A DNA stretch of 64,000 nt from NCBI GenBank assembly GCA_000708835.1, contig DF237148.1:84556-148555 (forward strand), in the 5' to 3' direction. The notes beneath the pieces were generated by a model. The model was given only the letters and a program-made list of their open reading frames with translations. It did no database searches and was not told the DNA's origin. Within the stretch, counting starts at the first letter, position 1; each line of letters starts with the position of its first letter. Both the position numbers and the translations under genes were made by a program. The stretch is from Klebsormidium nitens (lineage: Eukaryota > Plantae > Klebsormidiophyceae). Shown piece after piece: positions 36,360 through 50,100 of this stretch.

Positions 36360-39300
36360 TCACTTTTGCTTCTTTCCGTCCTTCTCCTTACACGCTTTCT
36401 TGTGCTCGGGCCAGTCCTTCTTCTGGCATGCCGCGCTACAGTACTCAGCCCCATGGCACCGCGCGCACCGCTTGAGCTCCTCTACCTCGATCCCACACAT
36501 GCTGCACTTCGATCCCTTCAAGTTCGACGTCCGGAACGCTTCTTCCAGGGTGGCCCACCGCGCAGCCTGCGACTCGGGCGTATCCGCGTCGAGCGCCTTG
36601 AAGAGTCGCGGTATGAGGTCCTCCTTCCCGGTAATGAGGTCAAGGCTGAAGCCCACGATGTTCGAGCCGTAGTGGTACTTCACGCACCGCTTTTGCGCGA
36701 AGTCGTCGATCGTCGGCGGCATGCCGGCAAAATGCAGCTCGGGAGAGCCGGGTCGCAGGCGCCGAGTGATCAGCCGCAGCAGCTGCGCCTGTTCCACACG
36801 CCGTTCCCAGTCCCGTTCGTCGCCGTCGTGGATCGCGAGCACGATCGGGGGCACCATCTGATCCAAGAGCTGCTCATACCCCGCGCCGTCCTCGTGCAGC
36901 GCCTCGGCGACCGCGGCGCACGCCATGTTCACCCGCTGGTAGAACGGCGACGTCAGCAGGGACGCGAACGCGGCCGCCGCGCGCGTCGAGACGACGAGCT
37001 CGGCCAGCCGCGGCAGGGTTTGGAGGCTTAGCGACGTGCCGGCGGTCAGGAGGTCCGGGTCGCGCGGCCGCCCCTGCTGGCGTGCGACGTCTTCCAGGAT
37101 CCGCCCGAACGCGTGCAAGAGGAAGGTCGTCATCTGGAGCAGCAACCTCTGGTCGGGGGGGGACGACGTGGCGCCCCCACGGCGCTCCACCTCAGCGACG
37201 AACAGGTTTAGGAGCCCCGGGAAGGCGTGCGTCAGGAGGAGAGATTCTGACACGGCGCCGGAGTGGTAGAGGTCGACGACGAGAGACCGTGCTTCGATCT
37301 AGACTAGCGCGTCAGGGATGGTGCCGAGGAGGCGGCACGCTGTCTCGAGAAATGGAGTGGGAAGTGGGGGGGCCGTCGGGGTGTTGATAAGCAGTCGGAG
37401 GAGACACGCGTATGATGCCTGGACGATCTGCAAGCGAGCACCGAAATCTAAATTACGGCCAGTTCGAGACATAATCAGGCTGCGTTCGTTCCCTTGCTGG
37501 AGGAATCAATAGGGTTACTGTGTGTAGGCAAGTCACATCAGTTCCCTCTTCACATGTGACATGACTCGGCTGCGGAGCCTCAAGCTGGCCCCCAAGCTTG
37601 AAAGAAAAGTTGGGCGAAGTATGCGATGTCTTCACGGTAGCTTGATTCAACCGGCAACTCTCCACCGCTCTTCTACACAATGAAAGTCGTCGAGGAATCT
37701 GTTAGGACTGGTATCACACAGTCCACTTGGTCCTGACAAGCGAAAGAACTGTTCGAGGCCAGCAACGGCCGACTTTCAAAGATTCGATCATGTGAGGATC
37801 AGTAAGCTGCTCAAAAACATTCTGGGTAGGCCAGAAAGTGGTTTGACACAGGCATCTCAAGAAAACCCCGACAAACAACACGAGAGGCGATCGGGCCCCA
37901 GCTGAAGCGGACTGAAAGTCACCCCGCTCCTAAAACCCGATATTTGAACCAAGTTTCGAAGACATAATGAGGCAACTGAGTGACCCAGATTATCCTCCTC
38001 ACTTTGCCTAATTAGCACGAGTGGCATGGTTGTCCAGATGTCAATCTGGATCCCATCGGCTTCAAGCATGAGATGCAAAGCGATCAGTTGAGCACTCACT
38101 GTGTGAGGCTCGACGCCCTCAAGCCCTTTGCTGGGGTTGTCTACGGAGTCCTTCAGCAGAGTGAGAAGCTTCCATGCGTCCTTGTGTTGCGCAATGGCCT
38201 TGCGGACGTCCGCAGCTTCGGGTCGTTTGGCTGGCCTGCAAGCAGAAATACAAAATCAGCCTTTGCTATCAAACTCAACGGTCATGTTTGACCGAAAATA
38301 CGCGCCTCTGGGATCTCGCCGTTCATAATGCAGATTGCATAGCCCGTGCTTCTTTTCGAAGCACCAGACTGAGCACCGGCACGGTTTGCAAAGCTCAGCC
38401 AATTCAGACTGGCCTGGTTGCCGTGCTAGAATTGCACTCAATGATGTCCTTTCCATGTTCCAAGGCAGGCAGCTAGCTTGGGTAGAGGTGCAGCGTTGGT
38501 CACCATAAGGGCCCACCTGATATCCAGATTCTTTTTATTCGTGCATTCATAGACGAGAGATTGGTGCGGAGAATCAATAAGTAGGACAGGAAAGGAGGAC
38601 TCTTATGCACAAGCAGTCTCGCTGCAGGCTCTTCTAATGAAATATACAGCAGCCTATCAAGACCCACTTGATGTACAGTACTACACTTTAAAGCTTGACG
38701 GTCCGTTCCATCCTGGCCCGTTTACCTTGTCTGGAGAAGACCTATCTACGTTTATCGAACAAACATCACGCTGACTTACTCGCTGAGGAACCACAGGTGC
38801 AGCAGCAACGACAGCGACATGGCCCTGACCCCTGAGAAGATGTTGGGTTCCTCCAGAAGGTAGTGAAAGATCGGTTTCAGCAGCTCTGCAAGAGGTGTAA
38901 AGGGTGGGGTTTTTGAACAGAATTTAATTCCAGGATGATGTAAAGGTGGTGGCAAAGTTACAGAACGAGCAGTGTGTACCAGCCTTTTGGCTTCTCACTG
39001 GTGGATCAGAAACGAGGAGATCTTTGCCAACTGTGAAACCTCGCCAAATGCGTTTGGGGTGGTGGTCATGCTGTAAAAGCTGTCTGAATGTCTCTAAGCC
39101 GCGGAACCTTGCTCTGATACTTGTATGTTATGCTTGACAATGAATTGGAGAATTTGAAGCGCTGAGCAATGCAAGCATGACCGCAATCAGGAACTAGTCA
39201 ATCGCTACAATAAAAGTGCGAATCAGCACTGCTACCAAGCCAAGGAGCCTGATCTGAGAAGCACATCTGATTCCCAAACACTGCTCGCTTTCTTGAAATG

Positions 39301-40052
39301 TTCCCAAATCTCACCTGCGTTTGATGCTAGCTGTGGCTTGTCAAGTTGCACCAGCGTCGCGAACCACAGCACTGTCGCACAATTGTGGCACAGCCTCTGA
39401 TAGTAGCTCTTTTCTTTTTCTGCGCTGCTGAAATCAGGGAGAGCACACCAGATCTTGACAATTGCGTCCACAATCCCTTCTTTGAGCATCCACCGGTAGA
39501 GCTTCCCCGATGCTTTCTTCGCCTCCTTCTGACTGCCTGGATTGACGAGATGGTCGTACCATGGCTTCCCCATCGACTTTAGAAAGGCCAGGGCTGCTCG
39601 TAGAGCCTCGTCATGCAAAATCTCTGGATTCTTCAAATCCCTCTTCTTTGCCACAACTGCCGCGATTGGTCGCACCGCGCCAAACTCCCAAGCTTTGGAG
39701 GACAGTTCAGAATCGCGTCGACAAAGAGAGCAAGACGGTCTGCGGCTATCGCAATGCCGGTGTCTTGGGCTTCTCGTCCGCGGAACCCCCCGAGCTGCGT
39801 GCACACGATTTTAAACAGGCCGATGTCGACCATTTCCTGAACCTGCTTCGGAGAGGCTTTTTTCAGTTTCTCCTCGAAGGCGTCCGTCATGACCAGCACT
39901 TCCAGCTTTGACTTCTTATCGAGCAATGGCAGCAATGCCCTATGCTGCCGGTTCATGGGAGTGTCCGGGCCATCCATCATTTGGAGCATGGCGGCGTCAA
40001 TCTCTTTCATTGACATTGGACAGTCATCACTGTCCTCACTTGGAGGTGCCAT
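36360..40052 (-). CDS. Helical (ARM-like) protein with C-terminal zf-MYND; exons 40052-39315 (1-bp frameshift near 39695), 38885-38780, 38235-38100, 37298-36360
   Basis: MYND motif CSMCG...CARCHGAEYCSAACQKKDWPEHKKAC. Four exons join with consistent phases and canonical GT-AG. Exon 1 needs one extra base to join ORFs 39633-40082 and 39232-39804. Confidence 0.85.
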
Positions 40053-40467
40053 TGCGCTGCGACGGACCCCTACCTTGGACACTGATTTCTAGCTAGGTGC
40101 TAAGAGTCCTAGCTTCCCGAGATAGTAACATGGACGAAGACCCTGCGCCTTGGCAGGAAAGCAATCGAGAATTGCATCTGGATAATCTGAAAGCCAGCAG
40201 GCTGCGCTAGGAGCAGACGAGCTGGAAACTAGAGGTGGAACAACCTCACACATCCGAGGTTAATCGTAGCCCAGTACGCACTTACCGGGGACCCGATTCA
40301 CCTTTTCAAACCCTTGTAGACTGTAGTCACCAACTTCAACGTGCACGGTTTGAATCCCCGGTCCAAAGGTCATCCACCTCGGCTCCGCAGAAGCAAAGGC
40401 TGGCACCAACGTTGCCTCTTCCTCTTTTCCCTCTGCGAGGAGCACAAGGGGGCGACAGGTCGCAGCC

Positions 40468-42744
40468 ATGACGGTCAAGCGCAGGAACCACGGGCGGAGC
40501 AAGCATGGCCGTGGGCACAGCGGGTTCATCCGCTGCTCCAACTGCGGTCGTTCAGTGCCCAAGGTAAGCGGCAGAGGCGCGGTCTGTTTTGGCGATCCTG
40601 TTGGAGTTTGCGCAGACCATTACCGATGTGTATGGGTGAAGGTGGGGAGGTCGAGGTGGGGAGCAGGGAGGATGGAATAGAGAGAAAACTCGGTTTAGGC
40701 AGTGAAGCAATGATATGTGTTCTTCGGGAAGCTCAAGGAGGACGGCTTCATTTTTTAAGCTTTGACTCCGTTGTTTTGAGAGAGGGGACGGGCAAACTTG
40801 ACCGTATCAGCTTAGGTGAGCTAGGGATGCTAGGTCCGGAGAGTACTGTGACACAGACCAGAGGGCATGCAATCTGCACATATCAGGACAGGATGGCAAG
40901 TCAAGGGCTGCCGAGGAGAAGGGAGCTTTGGCTTAGGGTCGGCTGTGCATGATCAGAAATGGACGCGGTCCCGTTGTATTCTGGTTAAGAGAAGGCCATA
41001 GCAGATTAGCAGCTGCAGTCCTTAAAACCTGGGGCTGTACCTCTTGTCGCTGTGAAGCAATCCGTAGAGGCCTGGGTTTGTGTGGTCATTGCGACACTCC
41101 TGGCTTCGGGATCTAGCGGTCAAGAGCGATCGTACACAGGAGCAACATCAAGTTTGAATGGGGCCTGAGGCATAAGGGCAAAAGGCGGCGCAATTGATCG
41201 ATGCTTGTGACCCTTTTCCTGAGACTGTATCCCGTTTGCTTTCTGCAGGACAAGGCCATCAAGAGATACCTTGTGAGGAACATTGTGGAGCAGGCAGCGG
41301 TCCGTGATGTGCAGGACGCCTGCGTGTTTGACGGATATGTGCTGCCCAAGCTGTACGCAAAGATGCAGGTATGAGAAAGTGCCACTCTAATGCAAACGTA
41401 ATTTGAACGCCAGGAGTCAGGGCAGGTTTTGCCGATGCATTCGGAGCGCACACATCATCAGTCAGGAAGGCAACAGAATTGGGCTTTGGTAATGGTGCCG
41501 AGCAGGGGCACTGGAGGTGCATTCCAGTCGGACTTGCCAAAGTGAAAGGAGCAATTGCAAGGTCATCCATCTGCGTGGTCGACATCTGGGGTTTAGGATT
41601 TTGTAAGGAGCTGTTTACCTATGTAGCACTGGCCGCGCACGATACGAGGAAGGACTAGACGCCGCCGAACTCGCACAAAAGAGTCCATGACAGCAGGGGT
41701 ACTTTCTTTCGGTCATCCCCCTCTCATGAACCATTACCGTGCTGTCTGTCGTTGGACTTGTTCACCGCATTTGTCGTCAAGGTGTTTCTGGAAGCGCAAA
41801 CGGCCTAGAATTGGTTTGCAAAGAAGCCCGCTTCTTCTGGAAGGGCACCCTGCTGGCTTGCTGCCCCTATACTGCTAGATCAGAACGGTTTTTGGGCTAG
41901 AAGGGGCCACTTTAGATTGATTGCTTGGGTTTGGTGAGCTGGCGGTTCCTGAGAAAGCTTTGATTTTCACGGGCACGCAAGTGTGCTACGACTTAGGGGC
42001 GCTGAGAAGCCGTGATAATCTAAATCAGGTCTGATTTGGTGCGACAATTGAGGGCCTTCATCAGGAAGATGCACCCGCTCTGTCCACATCTTTCGATACA
42101 TGCCACACGTTCCTGGCTTGTCTATTTTCAATGGAAGAGCTTTCTGCCCTATCTGGACGACACACAAGTAGAGGTGGACAATGGGTGAAACAGCTTGCGC
42201 TGCTTGGGGTCCTAGGCAAGAGCCAAGGCATTCCAAGTGCTCCAATAGAACGGGGACATCGGCCCGTTGTGAAGGGGGGACTGCCAGTCAGGACTGATTT
42301 CGTTCAGTAGCAGAAGGTCCCGTTGGGGCACAGCAGCTTACCCAGAAGCTCGCAATCTGGCTGTGGGTTCACAGCAAACCTGTAGTGGGGTTTCAGGGTT
42401 TCGGAGTATGACCGGCTTTATGCAAGCACACCCAAGAGCTGGTCCATGGTACGGTCAGGCTCCACCCAGATTGCTGGCAGTAATTTTACTCAATTAAGTT
42501 GCCGTCTTTTCTTATCCCACGTGAATTTACAAATGTACTGAGTGCACCTAATCTGTTTGTGCAGTACTGTGTGTCGTGCGCTGTCCACTCCCACGTCGTC
42601 CGGGTGCGGTCTCGCGTCGCGCGGAGGAACCGTGACCCCCCCCAGCGGTTCCGCCGCCCCAGGGAGACGGGCCCCCCCGGAGCGCCCGGCGCCCCCCGGC
42701 CAGGTGGCCCCCCGGCTGCCGCTGGGGCCGCTCAGCGGAAGTAG
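40468..42744 (+). CDS. RPS26: 40S ribosomal protein S26 (eS26); exons 40468-40563, 41249-41368, 42565-42744
   Basis: [32 protein letters not shown]|[40 protein letters not shown]|[17 protein letters not shown]. Confidence 0.98.
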
Positions 42745-45700
42745 AATGGTGTAGATGCAGGTTGCTGTTTGTGACCCGCCGTGCCGCGCTTCGTTGCCGT
42801 ACAAGGATACGTGTGCAAGGAAGAGACGCTGGATGTGGCGTGCTCAAATCTGAAAACGCAAGTGTTCTATCCACGTCTGGCTGTGAGCCGCTTCAGTGTG
42901 CCAAGTGCGCATCTAGGCTTTTGCAACTTCGGTTGTTGAAGAGCGATCGCTTACGTACAGTTCGTGCGTCATGCCTCCACAGTTGCACATTGGACACCTG
43001 GCAGCAAGGTCTGGACCAAACGCACAAGTCCAGATGCCCCAAAGCAGTACTCGTTTGTGGTTTGATGCCGGACTTTACAGACGGCGGTTATATCGATTGC
43101 CATGCTGACGCATGGCCAGAGGCATGCCTCGGCAAACTAGTAGTTTTCGGCTTGTGCTCACACATATCCCCGCTCGCTCGCCAGCTGGTTGCAGAATGTT
43201 TGAGGTATCAGGTCGTGGACAGAAAGCATGCATGTAGTCAAGGTCGATTTTCCAACCTACCGGCACCGGTGCGTCGTGAAGCTGAACATGTGCCCATACA
43301 TTGAATGGTTATGTATGTTATGTAAGCACCGGTCAACTGTGTCTCGCCGGAAGACCCGGTCATCTCATTGATACAACTGCGCGCCGAGTTCCAACATGCA
43401 GCAAGCGATCTGGCAACGAGTTCATGGCATGCTTATACACTGCATATCCGGGTCCGACTGTACTCAAAACTGAAATGCATGCAGTCCAGAAAACACAACC
43501 CCCAGTCCCAATGTAATCTTGCTGTTAGATCCAAACTTAGCCAGCTTGTGCAAGGCATGCCATAGTTGCAGCTGTCAATGCGGGCCCGTCCATGCATCGA
43601 GGCGCCAGGTGTAGACAGTCAGTTTCTGTTGGCCAGCATGCAGCCGCCCAGCTGTCAACTCATCACATGTCCGGCGAGCGGATGCAGCGCTGCCAATCAG
43701 CTGTGCCTACTTGACGCGTCTCCCATGACAATTGGCTATACGCAACTTCTGCAAAATGCAAAGCTAGTACTATAATGGACATAACGTGACGCAGGAATAC
43801 GACATATCTCGTATATGATAACATATATGATCATGGTGAGTCGATCATGACAGTCGAGTTGACTGCCGTTTGAGTCCTTTGTAGCTCAAATTCTAGGTGT
43901 ACCAGTCAGCGGAATATACCTACTGCAGAATTGCGCCCTTGCTGGGCTTCGCCTAGTAGCGAATACAGCTGGACATTGAGCTTCCTGTTGCGTAAAAGAA
44001 AGCCGTGGTGACACGTGTCATCAAGATACTTTTGAACCCGAAGGGTCGACTAGTAGGACGGCACAAACACTTTCAGGGCACTTTCACCTCTGGAACGGGA
44101 GTCATCTGGGTTGTCGTCTAGACTGTCAAGTCCTTGCATGAATCCTTGCAATCGGAAGAACAGATTTGTTCACGGTTAGATCCTTGAACCAGCCGATCGA
44201 CTTTCAGTGAGATTTCTTGCTATCGAGGACTCCCGCTTTCTGGCTTGCCAAATGGTCGGAGCAGATGGCACTTGAAGGACGGCCTGTGTAATTGTTTACT
44301 TGGCATTTGAAACGAAGAAACTAAACGGCTTCGCGTTTAAGCAGATCACATGGGCACACTGGTCGATTAGCAGGTTGCAGATTCTTAGGTCCGCTCATTA
44401 TTCAACCGTTGAGCCCATAAGCTTTCCATATCGAACGGTTAGGGATGACCACTAGATATCACGAGGAGCGATACTGGCAGCTACGCCAGAAGATTAGCCG
44501 TTCCCCGCTAGGCTGCAAGCCCCGTACCTTCTCTCAGAACTCCGCTCTCCTACATGAAACCTACATGTTCGGCCAGATTCTGTACTTAAGCAGGCTCTTA
44601 GGCAGGTGGAGAAGGACATAAACATCTCAAATGTTTTTCCGTCGCGAGATAGCGAGCTCCGCTAAGTTAGCAGAGTGGAAAAAAGGGAAATACCGATATC
44701 GAAGCCGGGCTGCGTAACGAAATCGCCAAACCAGGATCCAGATGCTGGTAGGGATAGGTGATGAGAATTACAACGAAGTTCCAGAACTCCGTGTCTCGAC
44801 CTTCAGATCCCAACGCGTATATGTAAGGGGAGTAAGGTCAAATGACGACACCTGCAATACCAGCGGAAAAAGTTGACATCCTTGAAGTGGCTTTTACAAG
44901 GGAGGACAGTGTTACATCATGTTATATAACGGGCCGGCGTCGAGAAAAGAAGCTGATTGCCTGCGAGAAGGCGCGCTTAACATAGCCGTCCCGCGTTCTG
45001 AAGTCTCGGTAGAGCGCAACGACCACACGAAGGGGTCAAACATTCAGAAGCTAACAAACCAGATGTCGCTCTGGCCCTTGCACAAGACAAGGTAATGACG
45101 AATAACGGCAAGTCTGACCTCTGATCAAGGAGAGCTCGGACCACTCTCGGAGGCAATCAAGAGAGAGACCTGAGAGACCTTCTTTGTCTGATGGGAAAGG
45201 TCAAATTTTGAACGGGAGGTGTAAAATCCAAAGCACTTGTCAAGCTTTACGGAAGTGAGGAGACGTTATTTTCTACTCGAAAAGGCTGCAGCATCTACTC
45301 AAGCCCGGAATGAGCAGGATCGCCCAAACTTCTAAGAGGGACCTCATGGGGTTGGAAGGCGATGCGTGGAGGAGATGAAGGGCCCGATCCACGGGGGCTG
45401 AAGCATATTCGGGTAATGTCGGCTACGGGTCCATCACGGCGGACTATATGAATCAAAGACTTCTGACGGGTTCTGTGCAATGCTAAACGTTTTGAGAGAG
45501 TTCAGAGCTCCCTCAGGGAACTTCAATCCAAGCGGTTGAGCGGATGAGTGAAGTCACGCTTCGGGGAGCAAGGATGTGGGCGCGAAATAACTTCACTCAG
45601 CAGTGGAACGAATGATTCGAACGAGGACTTGAGGTTCAACAAACGAACGAACGAATCGTGGTTGAGCGCACGATCGACCCCTGCTGCACCCGCTCTCAGT

Positions 45701-46734
45701 CAACACAACAGCCAGTCGGAAAGCGGCTACTAACACAACGAAAGCGGAGTATATACTCACGCTCAAAGTCAGATTCAGCGCACATGAGCAACATCAGATG
45801 AGTGACCGGACTTCTGCGACTGATAGGAACCTCGACCTCCGCCAAAACCTTGGCTCTAGTCTGCGGTTTCCGACTGATAATTGTCTCAAGATACGTGACA
45901 AGATTTCTTGTTCTGAGCAATCGGCAAGAAGAATGAGAGGAAAACTCCAACTTCTTGCACACGTGCCTACGAGACCAAAGAATCAGAATGTGGAGACTGA
46001 AGCGAGATTGACACGGTAAAGAGAATAGTGACAGCGGAACGAAGCTCGCGAAGACAGGATCCAAAACTTTCATTTCTTTGAAACATTCAGAAAAGCATGC
46101 GTAGAGCCAAAAAAGGAAAGCACCAACGTTTTGAGATGTGCTTGGCCAAATTCCAGTGTGGTATGGAAGCTAAGTCAATTTGAGAATTTGAGCTTAACAT
46201 GGGCAAGTTCTTTGGCTGTCCAGTCGACTTTAGAACTCATACGTCGAAACAAGTGAACCAGAGCACACGTCCTGGATGGGCTGATTGACTAAGCCGGAAG
46301 AGAGCTCTGCTCACAAACAAGTGTGGGCTTTGTCAGCAGTTTCTGATTCCAACGGCTTCAACCATAGAAAGGGCAATGAAACGGCAATCCACATTCCTTC
46401 TTTTCACAGATGATCTTGAAGGCCTGAGACGCTCAATGCTCTTGAGACGTCACGGTCAAAAGCGCATGGTCTTATTGTCCGTCTTTGCCTGTACTTATGT
46501 TCTTCAAAACAATCTGCACTCTTCAGCAGCCGCAAGCAATCTTTTCATACAGTAATTCTTATTTCCGGACCTCAACAAATCCTGCTCGAATCGAAGTCTT
46601 TGGTCATCTAAAAGCCTATCTCTACATTCTACAAATTTTTCAGTTTCTTACTTTTTTCAAGCATGCCGATATCTAGCACAAATCGCCCCGCATCCTGCGC
46701 CCACCTCAATGAATGCATCCGGTAAATCCTCTCG

Positions 46735-47106
46735 CTAGCTCGTCCCCGTTCCCGCCTTCCGATCGTCCGTCAGATACGCCATCTCCGACGCGCGCACTCT
46801 GTCACCCACAAACCCGCTAAGCACGTCTTTTACCGCGTATACACACTCCCCGTCCGTAACAGCCCAGCTGAGGACCTCCCCTACGAACGCGGCAAACCGG
46901 CCGTCGGCACTCGTCGTAACCACCCAGCATCCGACCAGCTTGGACGGTCCGAATCGGACCACATCCTCTGTCGGCGAAACCATACATGTAGTCTTCTCAG
47001 CAGTTAGGAACTGCGCGAAGCTGGGTGAGGGACTGCAGCAATTCTGCAGTAGTGGGGTGCAACCAGCTATTGACGCCAGCTGCGGAGGTCTGGCGGTCTG
47101 CAGCAT
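46735..47106 (-). CDS. Hypothetical 123-aa ORF or terminal exon; beta-rich C-terminal half
   Basis: ATG-started, GC-richer than its flanks and protein-like (LVGCWVVTTSADGRFAAFVGEVLSWAVTDGECVYAVKD...RVRASEMAYL). Possible upstream exons up to ~49.9 kb are unresolved. Confidence 0.4.
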   Translation of the reverse strand: MLQTARPPQLASIAGCTPLLQNCCSPSPSFAQFLTAEKTTCMVSPTEDVVRFGPSKLVGCWVVTTSADGRFAAFVGEVLSWAVTDGECVYAVKDVLSGFVGDRVRASEMAYLTDDRKAGTGTS

Positions 47107-50100
47107 AACTCGTGATTGGTGATCAGATAGCTAGCTGATTTTGGAGCGACGCATGACATCAGCAGCTTCTTGAGGAGCTTACAGACTTGTGCGGGTATAG
47201 AGTATGAAAGATACGCTGCTGGAAAGTGTGAGCACCCCTATGCTGTGAGGGCGAGCTGGTAAAGATCTAGGTTTGGAAAATCAGTGGTTGGCGCGGCCAA
47301 CTTCAGAGCTCCTCCCTCTGTACTATAGAGTACAAGCTGGTAATGTTGGACTTTAGCTCAGTGTGTTGCAGGGCTGTTTTGGAACACAGCTGAATTTGCC
47401 GCAGAGGCTCTTCAAGCACACTGCGCGCCTGATCTTACACCTTGTGACAAGCTGTGTAAGCTTGCAGATGGCTATCACGATGATGCTGAGAGCACCCCTG
47501 ATTGCTGTACCCCAGAGTATTTTGTTGCATTGCGCCCAGATCGCAACTACCTGGATCTCGTTTATGATATGCACCCAAAGGCAGCCTGAAACACCATAAT
47601 TACCAAGCTGCTGGTGGCAATCGTAACAAGCACAACCACACTACTAGCTCACCTAAACCCAAAACGTGCAATGTTCCTCGTTCCTTGAGCTCCATCAGCT
47701 TGAATGGATAGCATTTGAACCTTGTGACTAATTACGTGGATCTAGCCATAACGCCAAGTCAGGGAAAGAGCTTGTAATCAGCTGGCTAGAACTTGTTTCT
47801 AGACCTTGACGTAGAAGGAGCAGGAAGCATGAGCAACCCGGGCCCTTTCAAAACTTTGCTTCATCAACTGTGACACTAGAGGCTCCCGGTGCAGTAATCT
47901 TTTACAACGGCCCACAGTTGCTGATTGTCCGAGCATACGGTAGACCGCGCGGAACGCAAACGCGCACAAATCAGGGGTTGCTGGCAGGACGCCATTTGGT
48001 GCGCAAAACGCACCAGCGGAAATTTTCCAGCTGGGATTCGGCCGACCATCTGCATCTCTTAGGTACAGGCTGGGCGCCCAAGGGTGATGACATGGCACGT
48101 CTTTCTAATGGAGCCCTAGTGGTCCTCTAGCACACTCTCCTCTCTATCCGGACTAGGTTTCCAGCTTGCCTTCCACAGCTGACATCCACGCAGCCTAGTC
48201 GCAGGCCAGCCAGGATACTTCCCTAGAATAGATTTAGTAAGAACAAAGCTAACATATAAACCTAAACCACATATAAACCTAAACCCAAATAATCACCCGC
48301 TCCGCACCCGTACCCACTCTAAACATTAATTAAGTACATATAACTAACCCTATCCGTCCCATTATTAAAACTTGAGCTTACTAAACCTATTCTAGAAAAC
48401 GATCCAGCCAGCTACCCAGCCAGCTAGCCTAAAGCAAAAGCGCGGCGAATCCTGAGTCATCATTACTTGCCGAGGTGCATTTAATGCTAGTAACTTCCGG
48501 CGATTGCGACAATTATGCAGTCAACGACTCAACGTCGTGTGATCACAGTTTGAGTACCCGGTCGGATGTACCGGTAACCGCAGTGGAGCCGCATTAAAAG
48601 CCCCATACAAGCTTTCGTTCCTCTATTGGTGACCAGTGTAGACTCCCGACCATATGAAAAGCGGATGTATTTACTCCATAATGCACTTGAAGCTGCGTGC
48701 ATGGCAATCCGGGCGCCGCTACCTGCTGATGAGGCTTCGAGCCTCATGACTCATGAGTTGTCTTGACTCATGTTGACCAAGGGACACGATGCTAATAGGG
48801 GACGAGCGGCGGAAATTTCGAAGTTGGTTTGGGCCCTGGGGGTTTAAAGTGGTTATGTGGGCGAGGAGGTGGCATGTCACCTCTGGGTTTCAAGTTTGGG
48901 TATTGTTTCTTCTTCGAGCACAATCCTTGGCTGCAACATGCCAGGATCGATGTAGCTGTGCAGAACATGGATTAGATAGTACCGTATGCAAGGCTGCGCA
49001 ACTTGCAAGCCAATTGACGGCGGCAGTGTCTTGCTGTGCTACTAGTCCGGTCCTGGTCTATCATGATTTGAAACATCCTTGAAACAGCAGCAGTTGATGC
49101 ATATAGTACGAAGTTACATATTTATGTTACGCACCGGAGTCTCTGTTCTAATTATCACGTTGTCATAGATCCAGACCTCTAGACGCGAGAGATGTTTTTC
49201 GAATTTGACGACGTGCAGCTACAAGAAAGGCTGACGATGTCGTTTTAACGTCGCGTAAGCAATTAGTTAGCAAGCTTGCGAACTGCAAGAAACCGGTACT
49301 TGTTCCTTTGACAACTCAAATGATCGAGGCCCATTCAAGGGGGCGAAAGGCGGCCCAGACGCACTCAGATTCATCAAGATATCAGCTCCTCTTTTGAACA
49401 AGTCACCCCAATCGTTTGCCGGCCCAAACCAATATTTCTGCAGGCTGATTCAGACTACATTTTTTTACAGATTGGGGGAGACCGGCTAATCCAGCTTGCT
49501 CCAATAATGACGGCTCTACCGAGAGAGCTCAGCTCAGAATTCAACTCTTGGTGCTGGCTGCAAGCAGAGCATGGCTCATGATCATGAGCGGGCGATTACA
49601 TGTGACCACAGAGAGCTCTTCCAATTCGCATCATACACTCTGCTCATCGAGCTCAGCTTGCATTTGGCAGCTGTTTATGTACCCTTGCATGAGCTCAGCT
49701 TGAGCTGATCTCCCGATCCTCGAGTTAACTTCTCCTACACTGGAATTCACTTGGACTATTTGGAGAAAGTGTGGACTGTTTGGATAAAGTGCTGACAATA
49801 TGGTCTGTCTCTCTTCAAGCTCACTGGCTTTTCTTGCTCGCTGTGGGCTCTGCCTAAGGCCCTGCTTTTGTGCCATGGCTTTACAGCGTGGACTGTTGCC
49901 CGCCTTCTCTCGAAGCCCACGCGGATTCAGCTTTAGTATTTTTGGCCGAGGAATAAAATGTGTGAATGCGAGTCACTGGCCGGTTTGGAGTTTTTGAAAA
50001 AGACTGCTTGATGTCTTTCTTTTCACATATATGGGCTTAGTCGTGCAAAAGCCAGGGGGTCCTTGAAGATCTAGCTTTGAAAAACTCTCAGCATGTGTAG

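Noticed and set aside
36366-37031. 221-aa plus-strand ORF
   Set aside because: Antisense shadow of the MYND exon.
40564-42564. Intronic snoRNAs in RPS26
   Set aside because: No convincing C/D or H/ACA box pairs seen.
44000-46100. Possible decayed ~2-kb minus-strand ORF or TE
   Set aside because: Stop density is close to random expectation and there are no RT, integrase or transposase motifs.
48250-48400. Telomere-like cctaaacc words
   Set aside because: Scattered and imperfect, not a tandem array.
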